DNA from: Takakia lepidozioides | Taxonomy: Eukaryota; Plantae; Bryophyta | Direction: 5' to 3' | DNA: 64,000 nucleotides | NCBI GenBank assembly: GCA_030704615.1 | Contig: CM060732.1 | Coordinates: forward strand, 9,858,001 to 9,922,000 | Part shown: one piece after another, positions 60,094-64,000 of the stretch | How the letters are laid out: each line of letters begins with the position of its first letter | Position numbering within the stretch: the first letter of the stretch is position 1 | Position numbers and translations under genes: made by a program | Notes under the pieces: generated by a model | The model's database searches: none | What the model saw: only the letters and a program-made list of their open reading frames with translations | Told to the model about the DNA's origin: nothing

Positions 60094-62670
60094 TATACAC
60101 ATGAGCTCAAATTGGCTAATGTGTACATCGGGATCCCCTTTCCTGAATATATTGGAAAGGGTGGTTTTGCCCGTGTTGGTTGTAACGCCATCTGTGGCCC
60201 TACCTTCTGCCCACTGACAGGTGTTGGCACCCTTGCTGGTGCTGGTCCTTCTGGACCTGTTGTTTTTGTGGTGGATCTTCCACCAAGTGGTGGCCCTTGA
60301 GCACTCCTTGCCTTCTGGTCCCACGATATTCACAGTATTCCCAGCTTCAGTGCACACTACTTCCCACACTCCCTGTCCCCCCAGAGCCAGATCCAGGCAG
60401 CCCGCCTGATCCCCCTGAGCCGACACCTTCGTTGGCCTGTGATCCAAGTGCTCCACTTGATCCAGGTCCAACGGGTTGGGATGTCCTGGTTGTAGTCTCA
60501 ACCTCAGCTGTTGGGTCTACTTCTTCATATTCTTCCTCTTCTAATTTCTTCTCTCTGTTTTCATCCTCAAGTTCTGCCCTTGGGTTTCTTCTTCACTCAT
60601 GTAACTCAACTGTAATGGTGTTGGAGAGTCTGAACTCTCCGTTGGCTCTGCCAACAATCCTCTTCTCCTTCTTTCATCTTCTGCTTCAGAAACTGGAGTT
60701 CCTGCTTTTGGTGTTCCATGCCAACTCTTATCAAAGATTTCTGTCAAGTCTTTTATCCAAGGATGGACCTCAGATCTTTCACCTCGTGATTGATCTTCTT
60801 CCTGTACCAATTCCCTTAATCTTTCTTGCAAAGAAACAGAAGGAGTGGCATCCAACTTTAGTTCTTCCCGGTATAGGTGATGCACTCTTTGATCTTGATG
60901 GTGTGAGAGGTCCAGATGATTCTCCTATGTCTATTCCTCTCTCCCAAAGATATGGATAATTAGCTTTCAGATAGCTTTCTCTTTTGCTGAATATCTCTGT
61001 CGTCTAGCTTCTCTTTCATCACTCATGTCCCATGTCTTTCATTTCTTTTAATGTGGCAATAACCAAAACTCTCTTCTGTAATATCTCTCGTATATGCCTG
61101 GATTTCTTTCAAGCTTCAATGCACCTTGGCTATACTTGAAGTCTCCGTTACCATATAACCATATGGCAAACAAGTCTGAAAAGCTGTTCTTGGTGTGAGT
61201 TTGATCCACAAAATATCCTTTGGAATCCAATTCTTTACCAGTACAAGCTCTTCATGCATATGAGTATAAACATTCACCTTTCTTTCTTCCCAGCCTTCAA
61301 ACTCTACTCGTTTAATGGATAGCAATGCTATCACATAAACCAATGTTGGTAACCAACGTGCTCTTCCTCTACAGGCTACCTGATAAATCTTTATCACTCC
61401 TTTCTCCAGACCCCATTCTGGATCAGCATCATGCACTCGTTTAAGAATATTTTCTTTACAACCGTCTGGCAATTCCAAGAACCTTTGAAAGAATCGTTTG
61501 GACAATCTTTCTTCCTTCGTTCCACAGGGAATTGATTCACTTCAAATTCTTTAATGGTCCCAACCACCATGATCCCACCAGATGCTGTCACATCTGGTTG
61601 TTCATGTCCCAGGTCCCCAGTATGGTCGCCAATGTCGCGCGGCGTTTACTCACCCATCCCTGCGCTATCCGAGGCGGAAACTCCAAGATAGAAGAGTTGG
61701 AAATCTCTAAGTACTCAGCCCGCGCAGAACAATCAGTCATGACCTACAGCTAGTGTATCATGGGGTGTTTCCTATTTGTTTCCCTTTTCGCATTCATCTT
61801 AGCTACCTTACCATTGATAATTAAGTATTAGTTTGCTTCATCAATCTATCGGTTTTCTTCACTCATCCATTCAATCCACAGCTTCACTCAGATCTCTCTA
61901 CACAGTGTGATTGTATCGTGTAAGTATCAGATTATGATTTATCAGGAATCAGGCCGAAGCCATTATGTCTCTAATCTGCTCTACAATATCACTACAGCTT
62001 TGCATATAACAAGCATCTACTAATCCTCTTTTCTCCTTCACCGTGCTCTCCATCTCTTGCCTCCGATCTCCGCTCCAGCCTGACTCAGAAGTCCTCCCCG
62101 AATAATGATGATCATCCTTCATTCCCCGTTTCTCCCTTTATCCTCCTATCCGTGGTTCTAACCGTTTCCCTCTCTAACCGTCGTCTGTGAACTAACATGT
62201 TCCCTTCACAGGTGTTGTTCCCACAGTCGTTCCCTATTATCGTGACAGCTGTGTCAAGCGGTGACTGGCTGTGTTTGGCTGTGTCGGGCTGTGACTGGCT
62301 GTGTGGCTATGACTGGCTGTGTGGGCTGTGTCTGCTGTGACGACTGTGACGGGCTATGTGGGCTGTGTCTGCTGTGATGACTGTGTGGGCTGTGTGGGCT
62401 GTGTCGGCTGTGACGGGCTGTGTTGGCTGTGTGAGCTGTGTCGGCTGTGACGGGCTGTGTTGGCTGTGTGGGTTGTGACGACTGTGACGGGCTGTGTTGG
62501 CTGTGTGGGCTGTGACGACTGTGACGGGCTGTGTTGACTGTGTAACCCCCCTCTACAGTGCGCTGCTGTCACCCCTAAGGCTCCTGTTGGTCTCAGTCTG
62601 TGCAAAAATTAAGGGTACCCTACAGATCCCGTATAAGTGTCTAAGTCCCCTACAGTCCTCTAACAGGACT

Positions 62671-64000
62671 CATCACGGTCCAATGGGGCCGTGGTGGGTG
62701 GGCCAAGACTCACCACGACTCATCACCGGGAATCGAGGGTTTTCGTGGTGGTTCGCCATAAAAAGATGGTGTTGTTTGTGAAACCCCCGCGGACAGTAAT
62801 AGAAGTATATATAGGGAGTAGTAAACCCGAAAACGGTGCAAGCCCGATGGTGACCAAAAACTAGTGAGTAAGCGTACGAGCCGGAAAGCGACCAAGGTGT
62901 GGGGAGCTGTTCCGGACTGCCAACAACCAAAGGGAATTTCCACTAGGCCCAAATTGAGAGAGGGTCTTGTGGAGGAGCAAAAGGGGACCGTTATGTCCCG
63001 GTGAGCAGCCGAAGCTCCAAGTTGGCTGGCGGCCAGTTTGGGAGTTAGGCGTGCGCATCAAAGCGAGTAACTATGACTTGAAGGGGAGATTACCGAAGTG
63101 AGGTGCGCAACACGGCCACGTTAGCATCGGCTTTTACTAATAGAGGAAGTAGTGGACCGTTTACCACTGTAGCACACGACCACTACAACGAGCCACTTTT
63201 TTAGCAAACCCTTTAGGTTGCGTAGGCAATTAGGCAAACGGTCATTAACGACTGTAGGCTGTAACGGCTCTTTCGAGCATAGTATAAAAAGGTTGCATGC
63301 AAGTTAGAAGGTATCAGTGATCAGTGTGTATTCAGTAGACTCAGAGTGATTTGATGTGTACTGCTGCATGTGATGAACTCTGAAGTAAAGCCATGCTATT
63401 CGAAGTATCTCTGTGTAGAGTGAACGTGAGATGGAGAGAAATGTGCATTATGAGAGAACGTGAGATGGTGAGAATGTGTATCATCTCAAAATAGTTCTTG
63501 TTTTGTCTTTACTACCATCTGATTGTATGAACAAAGAGGCTTCAGTCTTTTCGACTAAGATCTTTTAGGCCAAAGAGACTGTAGGTTGGGCTTAATCAAT
63601 AGGATTAAGCAACCTGTAGAGATATTGATTCATACGACGTCCATGGTTTAGCTATCATTAAAACGATTACTTTGTAATCGTTTGGGAAAGCATACCGTCG
63701 GACAACCTCTGTTGCATGTCTTGGGAAATGGGCAATAGTGCTGATAGCCTGTTTTGTCTAAGTCATAAACCAGCAGTTAACATTTGGCGACCATACTGGG
63801 GACTAACGGTATGTTGAGCTCAAGTGAACTCAAGGAATGATGGTTACTCATGATTTCTTGAAATCTCAAAAGAACGAGTCAACGGAAGCAGAGGAATCGA
63901 GAGCATTCCTGAAAAAATTTCATGGCTTACCAATAGCAATACACCAGAAGATCTTTCTTTCAATTGCGAAAGAAGATGACAAATGGGGATTAAAGGGAGG
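62671..64000 (+). mobile_element. Host LTR element interrupted by the 12-kb insertion: LTR ending at 63782, PBS 63785-63802, internal region running out of the window
   Basis: ...TTAACA followed by TT and TGGCGACCATACTGGGGAC, the same PBS as the nested family. The left part of this LTR probably lies at ~50245-50599. Confidence 0.7.

Larger units (their letters stand above)
50600..62665 (-). mobile_element. Full-length non-chromoviral Ty3/Gypsy (Tat/Athila-like) LTR retrotransposon, ~12 kb
   Basis: LTRs 50600-51642 and 61633-62665 with TG...CA ends, TSD GGACT (50595-50599 and 62666-62670), PBS TGGCGACCATACTGGGG at ~61614-61631, PPT 51643-51660. Confidence 0.93.

Noticed and set aside
59491-60501. 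ORFs spanning the N run
   Set aside because: Artefacts of the assembly gap; probably part of gag but unreadable.

Overview
Eukaryotic, transposon-rich genomic DNA, about 45% GC by eye, with GT-AG introns, plant gene relics and one 500-N gap. It is most consistent with a non-seed land plant such as a bryophyte, lycophyte or fern (inference). Only one host gene looks intact: a Myb/SANT trihelix-like ORF at 30514-32118. Decayed host-gene pieces include APC8/CDC23, a PITH-domain gene, ETFQO exons and a PPR fragment. The rest is nested mobile DNA, and several elements carry unusual enzyme cargo. (1) A family of MULE-like TIR elements with CGGGGG..TGAGC termini and a SWIM-finger transposase; one member carries a degenerate beta-class N6A/N4C DNA methyltransferase. 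(2) An 8.6-kb hAT element with near-perfect TIRs and an exact 8-bp TSD that carries its own transposase, a bacterial-type TauD dioxygenase and captured ETFQO exons. It is inserted back-to-back with a hAT MITE at the same target site. (3) A Ty3/Gypsy element whose single pol frame reads DNMT3-like C5 methyltransferase-RT-RNaseH-integrase-PHD finger. Also present are tandem LINEs in a (CT)n tract, chromovirus fragments in inverted duplication, and a full-length 12-kb Tat/Athila-like LTR element with extra 3' ORFs. All protein assignments come from visual motif recognition; no database search was run.
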